A stretch of DNA of 57,135 nt from positions 1 through 57,135 of the IMG/VR virus record IMGVR_UViG_3300001336_000023. One strand, written 5' to 3'. The position numbers and the translations under genes were made by a program. The stretch is from a virus (taxonomy: Duplodnaviria > Caudoviricetes). Under the pieces are notes generated by a model. It made no database searches. It was not told where the DNA came from and worked only from the letters and a program-made list of their open reading frames with translations. Below, piece after piece: positions 56,126-57,135 of this stretch (position 1 is its first letter; each line of letters starts with the position of its first letter).

Positions 56126-57135
56126 CTATCCCACCCAACTAAAGTATATTGTGTCGGTTGGTCGTCCGGTACCCATTGCATCGTAATCGGATTTTGCACC
56201 AACCCATATTTTCTTGTTACCTGAAGTTCTTTGATCGATTAGACCTTTGACATATTTATCTGAATCCGCTATGTTGTCAACGTTGCCGAGACCAACATCA
56301 GCCTTAATATGAGTATGAGCTAAGTTAACTGTTAAGTCACTAAGACCTTGTCTTGTAACTGTTAAAGTTCCGTCTCCGTCACCGCTTAGTCCAGTTACGT
56401 AGTTGTTGGTAAAACTTGTTATGTAGCCTGCATCATTCGTAAAGTGACTTACATTTGTTGGTTTATCTGTTACTTCATTATATTTAGGCAGATGCCCTTC
56501 TGAAAATACTCTGTTAGAACCTTCATATAATGTCTTTGCGTAAACTTTGTTTTTAAATACTTTAACCCCATTATCATAATTCATTGTAGTTACATTAGTT
56601 GCATCAGATGTGTCTATTCTTAATAATGTATAACTTTTTTCTGTTGGTCTAATATAACCACTAAAATAAGTTTGAGTATTTGAATAAGTTGACCCAGTGT
56701 ATCTAAGCGCAACATAGTCGGAACCGTTATAAGTACAACTAACAACTTCCCAATTTTCACTACCATAAGTCCCTACCGCTTCTTCTAATGTTAGGCTATA
56801 AGCGCTTGAACTTGCAGCACTTGAATATCCTACCTCGACGATTCTTAAACCATAAGCACCAGAGCTTCTTTGACCATATAGCGTTCCTATTACTTCATTA
56901 TTACCCTGTCCCAAAGGACAAAGAAGTAATAACATATCTGAACCACCCAGGCTTACTGTTTTTTGTATTAAGTGATAGTTTCCTACTTTCTCTACTAGGT
57001 TACTAATATCTTGATGGTCTGTTAAATACTCACTATGAGTATGTGAGGCCGGTGTGAACGTTGCAGGGATACCATCAAGATGATCCCAATGAGCCCTGAC
57101 ATATACCAGGGCATCATCGAAATCTCCTAAATCTG
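56126..57135 (-). CDS. Tail fibre/receptor-binding protein, variant B (5' end beyond window edge)
   Basis: Frame open from window end (DLGDFDDALVYVRAHWDH...PASHTH...) through the tracked ORF; KPTNVSHFTNDAGYIT, HTHIKADVGLGNVDN and IWVGAKSDYDA...TIYF fibre motifs. Confidence 0.85.
   Translation of the reverse strand, partial: DLGDFDDALVYVRAHWDHLDGIPATFTPASHTHSEYLTDHQDISNLVEKVGNYHLIQKTVSLGGSDMLLLLCPLGQGNNEVIGTLYGQRSSGAYGLRIVEVGYSSAASSSAYSLTLEEAVGTYGSENWEVVSCTYNGSDYVALRYTGSTYSNTQTYFSGYIRPTEKSYTLLRIDTSDATNVTTMNYDNGVKVFKNKVYAKTLYEGSNRVFSEGHLPKYNEVTDKPTNVSHFTNDAGYITSFTNNYVTGLSGDGDGTLTVTRQGLSDLTVNLAHTHIKADVGLGNVDNIADSDKYVKGLIDQRTSGNKKIWVGAKSDYDAMGTGRPTDTIYFSWVG
57039..57135. repeat. 97-nt exact direct repeat, copy 2 (matches 281-377)
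   Basis: Direct sequence comparison of contig ends. Confidence 0.95.

Noticed and set aside
1-57135. Alternative genetic code (TAG or TGA reassignment)
   Set aside because: Long genes are intact under code 11 and TAA, TAG and TGA all end genes at sensible operon junctions; reading through the TAG near 370 gives no sensible protein.
1-57135. Prophage/temperate lifestyle
   Set aside because: No integrase, repressor pair, partition genes or flanking host genes recognised.

Overview
This window is an essentially complete, circularly permuted ~57 kb genome of a low-GC, podovirus-like dsDNA phage; the two contig ends share a 97-nt exact repeat inside a tail-fibre gene. The minus strand carries the virion module: terminase, portal, scaffold, N4-gp56-type major capsid protein, adaptor, a nozzle-like tail protein with an inserted staphylococcal-nuclease domain, fibres, a 3409-aa internal protein with an embedded DEDDh exonuclease, membrane proteins, and a Cys-rich nested-repeat protein beside a thioredoxin. 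The plus strand carries early genes and replication/recombination genes (SNF2 helicase, AAA ATPase, SSB-like protein, primase-helicase, PolA, RuvC-like, YqaJ-like, DUF2829/Tad2-like). No integrase, repressor or endolysin is recognisable; a wall-less, code-11 Mollicutes-like host is a plausible inference. The standout is a ~6 kb accessory locus (20.4-26.4 kb): a structured non-coding block with a tRNA-like RNA, then a complete ubiquitin-like conjugation cassette (unknown protein, Ubl ending -DNA, E2-like, JAB, E1), then a retron-type reverse transcriptase flanked on BOTH sides by structured non-coding regions that share sequence motifs. All family calls are from motifs recognised by eye, not database searches.
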